Shown in pieces: positions 39,331-51,747 of a DNA stretch of 64,000 nt. The position numbers and the translations under genes are program-made. The stretch covers positions 99,140,001 through 99,204,000 of the forward strand of contig NC_087437.1 in NCBI RefSeq assembly GCF_036321535.1, in the 5' to 3' direction. Below the pieces are notes generated by a model, which did not search any database, was not told where the DNA came from, and saw nothing but the letters and a program-made list of their open reading frames with translations. This DNA comes from Camelus dromedarius (Eukaryota). The stretch's first letter is position 1. Each line of letters begins with the position of its first letter.

Positions 39331-39989
39331 AAGTGGATGAAATTATGATCATATCCAGAAAATATAATACAGCATATATTTCCTCCACACTAAGGAACTG
39401 GTAAAAACTCTTATGAAAGGATAAATCCCTGGTTATGTTTGGTCAAAGATGTGGATTCTTTTTTTGTTGTTTCATTTCTGCTGAGTCTCTTTTCTGTGTC
39501 CCATGTAATTCTAGCCTCCTGCAAGCCTGTTCCGGACTGTCACTTCTTGTAGCCGACCCTTCTTTATTATTTGTGGAAAATTCTCCATGTCTACATCTGG
39601 AATTGCTCAAAGGTCACTGTAAGTATTGAGTCTTTATTAATGGTTGTTCCCCTCCAGAATGCTTTCCAAAATGCCTGCAGCCAGGGGCTTAGAAGCTGGT
39701 TTGAAGAGATAGTTTTCTCTGTTTTCAGGGATCTCACAGTTTGCTCTTATTTGTTTTCCCAGTGGAGAGGAGAAAGGTTTTATCCTGTTTGTTGTGAGGC
39801 ACGAAGATTTTCATGAGTTAAAACATGTTCTTTTTAGGGCAGAAGTATTTAGTCCAGTGTGTTTAAACATTCCAGATTGGATCACGTTATAGATTTGCTG
39901 TTTTATAACTGTATGTCTAACATCAGGTGAGCTACAGAATGTGTGAAGACTTGTTTCTTCAGCTTTGTGTTTTTCAATATTTTCTTAGC

Positions 39990-40900
39990 ATATTGTTTTT
40001 CTGATTCCAAGTATAATATGCAGAAATTCTAGGAAACTGAACAAATATAGAAGAGTATTAAAGAAATTTTAAAAATTTGCTCTAATCCTTTTCCCTCAAT
40101 TGTGACACTTTCTGCCATATATGTGCATGTATGTATATATATATATTCCTCTCCACATATATATTATAATTTATATAGTAACATATCATAACAGCAATAT
40201 GCTTAATCTTGTATCTTGTTTTTCTCGATATAATCCTATGCATAATTTGCTGTGTCATTAATTTTTGCAACGTAGTATTTTAGTCTGTGGAAATAACATA
40301 ATTTATTTAAACACATTCATATTGGACACTTAGGGAGAAAGAGTAAATTGTTACAACTTTTTAATAGGGTAATTTATTAATATAACATAAAATATTAAAT
40401 TTAGATACTCTTCAACGTGCACAATTACATTTCTGGGAATTTCCCTAAGGGAAATAATAGGGTATACGCACTCAAATATGTGTGCTGAAATGTTCATGTT
40501 AGAATGTACAATAGTGAAAATAATATTGCAACCTAAATGTCCATCAGAAGAAGATTGCATAAATGATTATGGTGCATACTTAACAGTAAAATGCAATGTG
40601 GCTAAAAGTGAATGAGCTCATTTTTATTTCTGTACATTAAAATTGTTTATGTTATTTTAAGTAAAATAGAGCAAATTAAAAAAAACAAACAGCTTAACGG
40701 ATCCTGTTTTGGTAAGCACAGCCGCGCATATGAATATAAAAATGTGGGAGAATATTCCTCACAGTACCTCTTGTAGTTACCTCTACTTACTGGCATCATA
40801 GGTGACTGTTTCTTGTTAGTTTTAATTTGTAACATTTGACAGTAAAGCATGGTTAATTTTGTGATCAGGGAGGGAAAAAAAGATAATTTCAAAAAGAAAA
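39990..40900. mobile_element. Two L1ME-type fragments in opposite orientation (~39990-40335 minus, ~40350-40900 plus)
   Basis: Minus-strand 'ggacacttagg' mirrors plus-strand 'caacctaaatgtccatca'. Also 'tctgggaatttccctaagggaaataat'. Confidence 0.65.
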
Positions 40901-41489
40901 AATGGATTTATTAGGTATAAGACTCTTTATAAACCTATCTTAATTTATTTACAATTGTTGAAAGAATATTAGAAACAAATTTTACTTTTTTTTTTTTTAG
41001 TGGAATCTTCATTTTTATAGAACCCACAAAACTGTAGTTATTATACTTACAGTTCAAAGGTGCTAGGGAAATATTTTTATGCAAAAATTGGTGGATCCAT
41101 AGACAGGTGGGAATATTAGGACCCCTCATAGTGGATGGACAGTTCTGTGGAAGTACATGCTTCTGGCTATTGCTTAATATGATTTCTCTAGAAAGTTGCT
41201 CTATCCATGGGATGAAGGAAGACGATAAAGAGATTGAGTGGGAGACCTCCTGTTGCCATTAAAAATCCCTGGAGCCAGTAGAGAGGTTGTAGGGCTTTTC
41301 CCACTTCTACCATTTTCTATTATCTAGGTAAATAACGGGGCTAGGAAAGTGCATATATGCTAAGTAAATGATTATTATGGCCATCCAGAAGTAGTCTTGT
41401 TCCTGATTCATCTATAAATGACTTTTGGACTAAGCAGAATTTTAAAATTCAAACATCCATAGTAAAAATTCCTAATTCTAATTCTCTGG

Positions 41490-41585
41490 TTTCTCTGTCT
41501 GTCTCTGTCTGTCTGTGTCTATCTGTCTGTCTCTCTCTGTATATGTATGTAGATAGAGGTGGATAGAGATAGATAAATAGATGCA
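41490..41585. repeat. (TCTG)n/(TAGA)n simple repeat
   Basis: tctctgtctgtctctgtctgtctgtgtctatctgtctgtc...tagatagaggtggatagagatagataaatagat. Confidence 0.8.
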
Positions 41586-41847
41586 GGTATATGTGTGTCC
41601 ATCTCTCTGTTGACATATATGCATTTGACCTTCAGAAAGTTTGTGAAATTTATATCAATATGCTCTTCCTTCTAGCGATGTATCATGGTATTCACTTCAT
41701 ACTGTTGTAGGGAAAAACAGACTTTCATTGTTTGCCTTCCTATTTCTTTGGTTACTAATATGGTTGAATATTGTTTTCTTTACTTTTTTTGGTACTAGTT
41801 TATTTCAAAGTTTTGTTGCCATTTTTTATCCTTTTTTTCTATTAAGG

Positions 41848-42072
41848 CAGAGGTTGGCAAACTATGGCTGCAGGACAAGTTAGCCTCTGCTTATTTTTGT
41901 AAATACAGTTTACTGAGACACAGCCAGGCCCATTCATTTCCATATCATATATTGTCTGTTCTTTTTCTTGCTACAACAACAGGGGCAAGTAGTTAGGATA
42001 GCATTGTTTGGCCATCACAGTCTAAAGTATTTACTCTCTGACAGCTCTATAGAAAGAGTTTGCATGCCCCTA
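41848..42072 (+). mobile_element. MER58A hAT-Charlie MITE, within an L1ME remnant
   Basis: cagaggttggcaaactatggc...tttttgtaaatacagttt...acacagccaggcccattcattt...gagtttgcatgccccta. Confidence 0.85.
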
Positions 42073-42949
42073 GTCATGTTTTAGAGGGCCAATTAAAAAC
42101 AATATTTAAAAATCAATTTGAGTAAGAATTTTAACTCTACTTGAAATAGTTTTTGCAGATATTTTATTTCAAGTGTTTTGCTTGCTTGATCAGGCCCTCA
42201 TGGTTTCCATCTCTAAGGGACTCCTGTTTCCTCCTCCTCTCAAAGCCCTTGAGTGTAGGGTGCTGGAATGATGAATATAGTGTCCTTTGACTTAGAAGGG
42301 CTTATGCCATCCTTTTTACCATGAATGGTGGGTGGACCACTTTATTATCTGTGTCATCACTTTCTCACCAAAATGCTTACGACTCTCGTTCTTGACTTAG
42401 ATGTTAGAAGAAACATTTGTTTCTGAGAACCATTTAGGGTGCTCCTATTTGTACTGAACCTTGATGTCCCAGCTAGAATAAAGCTTTGATCCTGTAAGAA
42501 AATGCCTTATATGGACTCCTCACCTATTTTATTAAAAGTAATGCCTTGTGTTTTATAATACTTTAAATCTTTCCTGGTTGTTTTATATGTCTTTACTCTT
42601 ATATTCTCCGTTTTACTCTTCTATTTTCCTTTGTTTTTACTGACTCACTTCTTACTGTTCTTGGCTAGTGATTTTGCTTTGTTCAATCATGTATTTTCCA
42701 TGTGCTATCATTGGTTCTGAAGGACTTTTTTTAAACATTAAGAGCTAATTAAATTGTCACATAGCTTTCTTGTATACCTTAGTAGTCAGTAGGTGTTTTC
42801 AAAATTTAAGAAATGGATCAAATTCCTGCTTTCCATTTATACTCATGGTATGATCCAGTACCTTATTCGACAAATGTTTCTCCATCATGGTGATCAAGTA
42901 GCATTGTTCTGGCTTATCTATGTTTCCATGTTTATCTGAACATTAAAAG

Positions 42950-44960
42950 TACAGGAGGATAAAAATGACTAATCCCCACAATATTTAGTTTTCCTCTCCT
43001 TCCTAAACATCCTAATCTCCTTGAAGATTTCCCAGTGTCTCCTGCCATGAGGGCAGGACCATGTGTCTAACTGCGGATATGACTGTGAGAAGTGACATGT
43101 GTCACTTCAGGTCAGAGGCATTTAAGTGTGGTTGTAAGTTCCTCTTGACCTGGCAACCATGAGAGCCACAGATTGTAATAGAAGAGTGAAAGGCAGTGGG
43201 GCTACAGATAGCCTGGTTCTCTGAATGACTATATGGAGAAGAGTTCTCTTGAAACTTGTACATTTCATGTGAACAAGACATTAACCTGTGTTATGATAAG
43301 ACACTTAGATTCTGTGGTTAATTTGTTACCACAGTTTAACCTCATCTGTTCTCACCAACACAGAAATTAGTTTTTGAAATGGTATCTCTATTATAATGAA
43401 ATACTTGATATGTACTTGTGGACAGGCAGTGGCCAAACAGAAAAATGATCCTGGAGGAGACAAAGAAAATGCATGTAACATAGCAGTAAATCATTTGGTG
43501 AAACTCTTGCATGTCAGAACCTGGAAGGCAGATCGTATGCCTAGGTAACTCTCAGCTCCTGGATAAGAAGTAGAAAACAGAACCACAGTAGTGTATGCTA
43601 ACTGCTGTTGACTGTGCTTGGCAAGGAGTTACAAAAACAAAGATGAACTCAGAAAAGAATTGGCTGGTTCATAGGCAGAAATGAAGATACAAGGAGGGTC
43701 TAGAAATGTGGATTCCTGCAGTGTTGGAAAAGCCAACTGCTTCTAGACCCAAACTACGCTCAAAGGGATTTTACAGAGGCTTTTAGTAACATTCAGCAAA
43801 ACCTTTCAGTTGATTGCAGCACTTAAGGCAGAAAAGTTTTAAAAATGAGGTCTTCCCACCTGTTATTACAGATAAGCTTCAGATAGCCACCATCAAATTG
43901 AGAGAAAAAGACAGGCAGTTGAGAAAACAAAGAGCTACTGGTGATTTGAGAATTAGGTATTTAAAAGTGTGGGTGTGGTTACTGGCATGTGGAACTGACT
44001 GGAAACAAATAGAGAAGAAGCCTCTTAAGTATTTGAGAGAAATGTACTGCCAAAGAAACCACAAGCCTGGACTGAAGGGCCCTTTGACTGCACGAAGCTG
44101 AAAATGGCCTTTGTGCACACAACCTTTCGTGAACAAGAAGGAGCCCGAGGAGGCTGTGCGACCCTGGGACTTATTTCCAGATACAGTCAAGGGAGAGAGT
44201 GGAAAAAAAAAGAGAACCTGCCGTAGGATGGATACTGAAGGCACACGCAGGTAGGGAGCCGTCCCTGTGTGTGCTCGGCAGGACATCAGGATGTAGGTGG
44301 GATGCTGATTATGTCTGATTTATCTCCTCTCTAAAAGTGAGTGTACTATTGTAATTATCCTTGTCCTGTCTCACCTTTGTTTAGAGAGAGAGAGAAAGAG
44401 AGTGTGTGTGTATGTGTGGAGGGACAGGAAACTTGGCTTTTAAATTCATAGACCAGGAGAAGGCACATATGGGCTCAGTAAGGACTACTGAACTTTCTCT
44501 GGATACGCTGAACTTTGAGATTCTGACACAGGCTGGATGGGATTCAGACTGTCTCCATGTGAGTTGCTGGATATGTGTTATGTGTGGGAAGAAGAAGGAA
44601 CTGAACATTTAGTGAATAGAAGGTGATGGATTCCTAGTCTTCACCAGAATTGACTATTCCCCCTTTGCTTGAAAATTTCCTAATATCCCTTGAGGTTTAT
44701 GTTGGGGTCATAACTTGCCAGTGAATTGTGAACAGAAATGAAGTGCTTTTCTTAAGAGCAGCTCTGAGTTTTCTAAGCTCTCTCTCTTTTCTTGCTATAG
44801 CCAATGTCGAGGCATCACAAAATAGTGAAATCTTCATCAGCCCAGGTCCCTAAAAACCCATGCCAAGGAGAGACCTTTGTTAACCCAAGTCAGATATATA
44901 TTAAGTGTGAGAAGAGACATACATTGTTGTGATAAGCCATTGAGATTTAGAGTTAATGAT
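42950..44960 (+). mobile_element. MaLR provirus remnant: 5' LTR (~42950-43362), internal region (~43363-44630), 3' LTR (~44631-44960), MLT1I/J-like
   Basis: The first LTR ends 'ttgttaccacagtttaacctcatctgttctcaccaacaca', directly followed by the MLT-int start 'gaaattagt'. A purine-rich tract precedes a second homologous LTR. Both LTRs share 'gataag.ca.t.agatt...g.ttaat'. Confidence 0.8.
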
Positions 44961-47799
44961 TTTTTAAAATCAATTTTATAAAAGGTTTTCTATTTGGAAA
45001 AGCTCACCTGGGATTTTTTTGTTTTTTTTCAGTAAACATTGGAGTAGACTACTTAAATAAGAAACCAAAGCTGCTCACAATAAAGACTGTCTGATACACG
45101 TTCAAGCAAGGAGAGAGCTGAAAGCTCCTGTTGAGCAAATTCTGATCCCCTAAAATTGTATTTCATGCCCAGCCTAAATCATGGGAGATGAATTATCTGA
45201 TTCTAAACACATTACATTTTAACAGTTTAGTCACCTCGAAAGACTAATTAGTGCTATATGTATTTTCTTTTTTAGTAAACAGTATTGGTTTTTATCTATA
45301 ATTATGGACAGGTAGAAGGCCACATGGCACCTGCTTTAATTAGGCTGGTCTCATTTTCTAAGTTAATTTATTTTTTCCTAAGAACATCAGAGTAATTTGT
45401 TAAATATTTTATAAGAATCTGAACAAACAACAGTGTTTACATTAGAGAAATAAAGCATTCACTTATTTAAAAGATTCAAAGAACATAAATCAGCAATTAA
45501 CACAGACATAAATTATGCACGGGTTTAATGTGTGATGATGAGTCAAGAATGTCTATCCAACATGTGACTCCACCAGAATATTTACTTTTCTGCTTAATTA
45601 TTGGCATAAACTTTAATGAATGAAGTTTCATAGGAAAGGTAAATGAGAATGCTAAAAACGGATCATATTCACTGAAGGAGAACTTGGGAAACTGAAACAG
45701 TTTTATAGGAACAAAGAAAATTTCAACAGATAAAACTGAACTGTGCTTCTCAGGAAATACACACACTTATTTTTGTTTACATAAATTATCATTTCTAACT
45801 ATGTTGTATATAACGATGTGGAGATGGTCAAATTTTCGTATTTGTACATTAAAATTTGCACATGAAATTGCCTGGATAGTAGACATTCCCCAAGCTTTTC
45901 AGTTTTTTACTAATGTTGACTCTTATTTTCTTGTTTAAACTCAGCTCTTTATTTAGTCTATTTTTCATCTCTCTCTCAAGCAGACTCAGATCTTGTGCTT
46001 GACCTGCCCACAAATATAAGACAGATGGAAATAAATAACCCACTAGAAAATTCACTTGACATAAGTACTGCATTTTATGTCTTGAAGGACTGGAAATGGG
46101 TCTGACTTTGAAGTCATTGAAGGGTTATATGACACTTAGAGAAAATAAATCTTCCATTTTTCCATTGAGTTGAAGCTCTCTGGCCTTCAAATTCATGCAA
46201 AAGTAAATTCATTGGTACTGCATTTGCAAGGTTGATGTTCCATTTCTAGGAAAATAATGTTTACTACAATTGGATAATATGGTTCTTTTCTGGTCAGAAA
46301 GGCTTTCTAAAGTGTATGTCATGTGGGAAAAGGAAAAATGAGTATTACTCATTTTTAGGAGTAGGTTTGTATTGCTGCTTTGCAATCTGAATTTATTAAT
46401 GGCTTTATAAATCCAGTATGCATGCTAATAATGATTACTGTAACAGGTAAAAACAATATTATTTTTATTTTATGAATTACATTATTTGCAAGTTATTTGT
46501 ATGTACTTCCTAGTATAGTTGAATGCTGCTTTTCTTTTCATGGCATCCCCTAAATTCTCAATGTAATAATTTTGCATTAAGAATAATTCTTTGTTAAGAC
46601 GATTTAAATGAATTTCTTTGCTATACTAATAATATTTAAGGCTTAGTAATTCACAGTCTTTGTCATTGAAAACAAAAGCAAAATTATATTGAATTTGGGA
46701 CAAATATTCTACCAATGCTATTTACTCTAAAACTTGAAATTAAAGCAATTGATATCAATAATTAGTGAGCCTACTAAAGAAACACCCCCATGGAGCTAAT
46801 TTTAGGTAAGTGACAAGGAGTTAAGAGTTAAGGCAGGCAGTTGCTTAGAATAGTAAATTTTCAAGATATTGGTATTAACCTTTTTTAGATTCATCATTGC
46901 TGCTTACTTACTTGAGCATTTTTAGGCAGATAATTTATCTGCACCTTTACATGTTTAATGAGTAACATCTCTTGTGTTTTTGGTGAAATGCTTGAGACAG
47001 TTTCACTTTGAGAGTTGTTTTGTCCATGCTCTAAAACCCAAATGGAGCCTGTTAACTGATTAATCTGAATATTGGAAGCACAAAGACAAATTAAAACTTT
47101 TCTCTTTGTTTCTCTCAACCATATCTTTCTGTTTAACAAAAATAAGCAAAAGTTACATGCTTGTTTTTATTTAGAAGTACTATAAAAATTGAAACAAGAG
47201 AACCAAATGCCAGCTAAGGCTTGGATTATAAGCAATTAATGGAAAAAATGATCTGGTTTAATAGATTATTTGAGAGGCTCAGAATATGTCACCTATCAAC
47301 TTTTATGTATTTACATAAATAAGAAGTGCTAAAATTAAAATAGCTAAACGATGTTTTCTTACTTCAAAACTCCGCCTGTAACTTGACTTGCCTGCAGTCT
47401 GTTCTTCCTGCCCTTAGAGAATGCCGTGAGTTAATTGCTCCTGCCACTGGGACATTTTTAAAAAATGTATTTCAGAAGTTTTAGGAACTCAATTTACAAT
47501 AATTTCTTCAGATGCTCAAAACCAAGTGCAGGACTATCCAACACCCTTAAGAGATGGGGTTTTCATAAAAATTACTGAAGAATATGTAAATAATAAATGG
47601 GAAGAAACTCTTAGGGATATTTCAGTTACTTAAAGAGAGAAGTTTATGTTGCCATATGTTACTGAAGGGTGTTGAGGAGATTTAGGGTGAATGTTGAAGA
47701 AAACTTTCTGATTAAGAAAAGGATTGTGAGTAGAGTGGCTGTCATCTCTTTTGTGGTAGAGATGTGATTAGAGGCAGTGGTGGTATAGGGTAATAAGTT

Positions 47800-48110
47800 A
47801 TGTAGAGCGCTAGCTGGGTACCAAGCACTGTGCTAAATTATTCACAAGAATTCACATTTAATTCAGTCCTTCTACAGTCCTGAAGTTTGTTTATTCTCAT
47901 GTTGCAGGTAAGAAAACTGAGTCTTAGAGAAGTTCAGTTGTCCAAGATCACAAAGCGAGAGGTTGTGAAGCTGAGACTGGGGCAGCCATGCCAGCAAAAG
48001 TTACTGAAGTTCTCTGGGTCTCAGATTTTTCCTGTGTAGAATGAAGATAATAAGACCTTTCTCTTAAAATGTCTGTAGTAGAAAATGAGGTAACACAGGG
48101 GAAAGCACCC
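47800..48110. mobile_element. Two MIR fragments, minus then plus
   Basis: 'ccaagcactgtgctaa...gtaagaaaactgagtcttagagaagtt...tccaagatcaca', then 'tctctgggtctcagatttttcctgtgtagaatgaagataataa'. Confidence 0.7.
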
Positions 48111-48359
48111 ATGTTAATTAATGTGATTTATCCTCCTTGCTTAAGGAGGGTTATACATATTACTCAAAGCTGTCATTTTTGACTTTGCATTTAAATTATG
48201 TGTACGTCCTATTACTAAGCCATGAGCTCTGGGAGAAGTTGGCTGGAACCACGCTTTATTCCTTCCACGTCTCCCTATCTTGCACCTGGTACATGTCCCA
48301 GAACGTAGAAAGAATGCAGTTTGTTGCCTCTATGAAAAACTAATGGGAGCCAGGGCAAG

Positions 48360-49255
48360 GGAGCACATCTATCTATTGCAGTTTGGAAGGTACCTGGGCA
48401 GCATGGTTCAGATTTTAAAATATGCTTGCTCTTTGACTCAGCAACTCATTTCTAAAAATGTATACTTAGAAAGTAATGAAATTTTTATACCAAGATGTAT
48501 TTTCTATTATATCATTGTCTTAAATAGGGAAAAATTAGAAATGTCCTAATTGCCAATTTAAAAATTGTGCAGTAGGCACACAGTGGAATAATCTGTAGCC
48601 ATTAAAAGTGATGTACAAATGCATTATCAGTGGTGAAAGAGTCTCATGGTGTATTTGTTGACAACTGTAAAAAGCTATAAGCAACTACATGACCCTCTTT
48701 CTGTAACAGACACACAGGACAGGCCCAAAATTGAGTTGCATATGTTGACTCGCATCACAAAACTGAGGCTTGACTTAATTACAGTTTTGACTCTCCTAGA
48801 AATGGAATCTTAAACCAGTCTATCAGGAATTGCTTAATTGGCACTAGTTAGGTAATCTGCCTGATAAGACTCCTGCCACCCTTCCGAGGAAAGTAACTTT
48901 GCAATAACCAACCTGCTTTGTTGCCTTGTGTAACTTTCTTGTTCTCGCACCCTTCTGTCTTTCATTTCGTACAGCTCTTCAGAGCCCCTTTCTTATCTGC
49001 TAGATTAGATGCTCAATTTGAATCAATTTTTCCCAGAAAAGCTCTTCATAATTTTAATATGCCCTCGGTTTATCTTTTAGCAACACGTATGCATGCACAC
49101 ATGCATAAAAGTATATAAATAAAGAAGTTAACAACAGTTGTATCTAGGTAAAGGATCGTAGGCTAGCTTTATTTCCCCTTAATTTATTCCTATGAATTAT
49201 TTTGTAGAAAGCACTTTTTTAATATTTGAGAAAATAATAAGTTATTTGAAAAAAA
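48360..49255 (+). mobile_element. L1ME-type 3' remnant interrupted by an LTR
   Basis: 'ctttgactcagcaactcatttctaaaaatgtatacttagaaa', 'gtggaataatctgtagccattaaaagtgatg' and 'gttaacaacagttgtatctagg'. Confidence 0.7.
48702..49082 (+). mobile_element. ERV1-class solo LTR (MER34-like)
   Basis: TG...CA ends (tgtaacaga ... aattttaatatgccctcggtttatcttttagca) and MER34-type 'ttatctgctagattagatgct'. No TSD visible. Confidence 0.75.
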
Positions 49256-49391
49256 ATGGCATCACTTTTAATAACTGGATTTTTGACATAGGACCTCAGA
49301 AGCAGATAGGTTTTTTAGATTTTTAAAATCTTGAGCAAACTACATTAAAAAAATAGTTCAATATGACAGTGATTAAAACTAACAATGCCTA

Positions 49392-49590
49392 GGAGGGAGG
49401 GTATATCTCAAGTGGTAGAGCACATGCTTGGTATGCTCGAGGTCCTGGGTTCAATCCCCAGTACCTCCCTCTAAAAATAAATAATCCTAATTACCTCCTC
49501 CCACCAAGATAAGATAAGATAAAATAAAGTAAAATAAAATAAAATAAAATAGTAGTAAATAAGTAAAATACTTTTTTGAAAAGTTTAAAA
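49392..49590 (+). mobile_element. tRNA-derived SINE, camelid Vic-1-like, with (TAAAA)n tail
   Basis: GGAGGGAGGGTATATCTCAAGTGGTAGAGCAC...GAGGTCCTGGGTTCAATCCCCAGTACCTCC...CCTAATTACCTCC. Degenerate TSD aaaactaacaatgcct / aaacccaacagtccct. Confidence 0.9.
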
Positions 49591-51230
49591 AAACCCAACA
49601 GTCCCTTTTAGGTGAGTGGCCTTTTTTGTTTCTTTGTAAGCGACTAAACATAGGAGCCTTTCAATGGTTTCTCAGATTGCTTCTCTCCTACCCTTCGTGC
49701 TTACATGAGGTCAGAGATCTAGAACTTTGAATCACTGAGACAGGGGATTTGTCTGTGTGGTTTAATGATGGGGAAGGCCACAGGGTATGTTTGAAATCTC
49801 AGTTAGATAAAGCAACACCCCCAAGGCACTTCATTCTGATTTTTTAAAGATATGAGTGCACATTAATATTAAATGGACAGATTTATTTCTGGCTATTTCA
49901 GAGAAATATCAACAATGGAACGCTTGGTTCTAAGCAGGTTGGCTGTAAGCCCATGTAGGAAGAAGTTGTGTAATACAAAGTAAAAAAAAACTTCCATGTT
50001 CCATCTGTGGGGAGAGTGGAGCCTTGACAACTATAATTTTTCATAGGTGGACAGAATGGGATATAGAAAGGCAGACCAAAGAAAAGGGGCAGTAAATATG
50101 GAAAAGTATGCATATGGTATATGCATATATAAGTAAATGTGATTCCAGCGATCAAAAGTGAGGTCAGAATATGGGATTTTAGGAAAACTAGCCTCCTGGG
50201 ATAACTATAGAATACTTATCAAACATTCAGTTTTAATTTGTAGGAGTTGTAAGTGATTACAAATGTGTCTCCAGTAGCAAAGATTTGGGCAAAACTGAAA
50301 TCAATTGCCCTATTCCTTGTCCTTAAAGGTAATTTCTTTTCTAGCTTATTACTGCTTATGATCTTTACAGTTGAGAATCCCAAAGTGAAATGGAGCAACT
50401 AGAACACAGAATAACTGTGAATATGGCTTGGAAGAATTTTTGCAACAGTGGTGGTTCTCTTCTACATAATTCCGTTTTTCTTGCCCAAGACTATGACTGC
50501 AGTTTTTATAAAACACTTTTCTCACAGAGAAGTTTTCTATGTGAAGAATAAAAAACTTAGTTTTGAGTATTAGACCTGTGGGATTCAATATTGGAGACTA
50601 CCAGGGTTCTTTTATTATGTGAAATAAATGGGATTTAGCCTACAGTAAGATCTGTAATTATTCAGCTCCTCCAAAAGTAGCTCCTGACTTTGATTTTGCA
50701 AAACACATTAATATTAATTTTGTTACTTGAACATTTGCTTTTAATATAACAGAATCCATATGCTTGGTTAAGGCCAACATATGCTGTTTATTATGCAGGT
50801 TTGTCTGTTCCTGATGATACAGCACATAAATCTAAATTAAGCCAACACCTCTTCTCCCCTATGCCACGATATTTGGGGATGAGGTTGTTGGCTAAGGAAT
50901 CATGAGGAAGAGTAAGATACTTTTGTACATTGAATGTGTTGCAATATATTTGGAATCCTTTGTGAGATATTCTCATTGCTGTCAGTAGTAACACCATTAC
51001 CAATTCAGAACTTGAAATACTATGCAATCAGTACTCCTATGAATGGAGTTATTTTACTTAGCTTTTGAAATCTTTTTAGTAGTTGCATATGAGCTTGCAA
51101 GAGACATGGAATTAAAAAAAATTGTCTTAGTAAGACTAAGGGTTTTATACTTGTTTGATTGGTTTTAAAATCTGGGATACAAGAATACAACATTAATAAA
51201 ATACATATTTAAAGAGGTTTGGAGGCCATT

Positions 51231-51747
51231 TTTTTAACATTTTTTATTGATTTATAATCATTTTACAATGTTGTGTCCAATTCCAGTGTTCAGCACAATT
51301 TTTCAGTCATTCATGGACATATACACACTCATTGTCACATTTTTTTCTCTGTGAGTTATCATAACATTTTGTGTATATTTCCCTGTGCTATACAGTGTAA
51401 TCTTGTTTATCTATTCTACAATTTTGAAATCCCAGTCTATCCCTTCCCACCCTCCACCCCCCTGGTAACCACAAGTCTGTATTCTCTGTCTGTGAGTCTA
51501 TTTCTGTCCTGTATTTACGCTTTGTTTTTGTTTGTTTGTTTGTTTTTGTTTTTGTTTTTTAGATTCCACATATGAGCGATCTCATATGGTATTTTTCTTT
51601 CTCTTTCTGGCTTACTTCACTTAGAATGACATTCTCCAAGAGCATCCATGTTGCTGCAAATGGCATTATGGTTGTCGGTTTTTATGGCTGAGTAGTATTC
51701 CATTGTATAAATATACCACATCTTCTTTATCCAGTCACCTGTTGATG
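51231..51747 (-). mobile_element. Young 5'-truncated L1 (camelid-type): ORF2 C-terminus + 3' UTR
   Basis: Encodes 'DWIKKMWYIYTMEYYSAIK', the L1 ORF2 C-terminal motif. Perfect 11-bp TSD tggaggccatt at 51220-51230 and 51748-51758. Confidence 0.95.
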
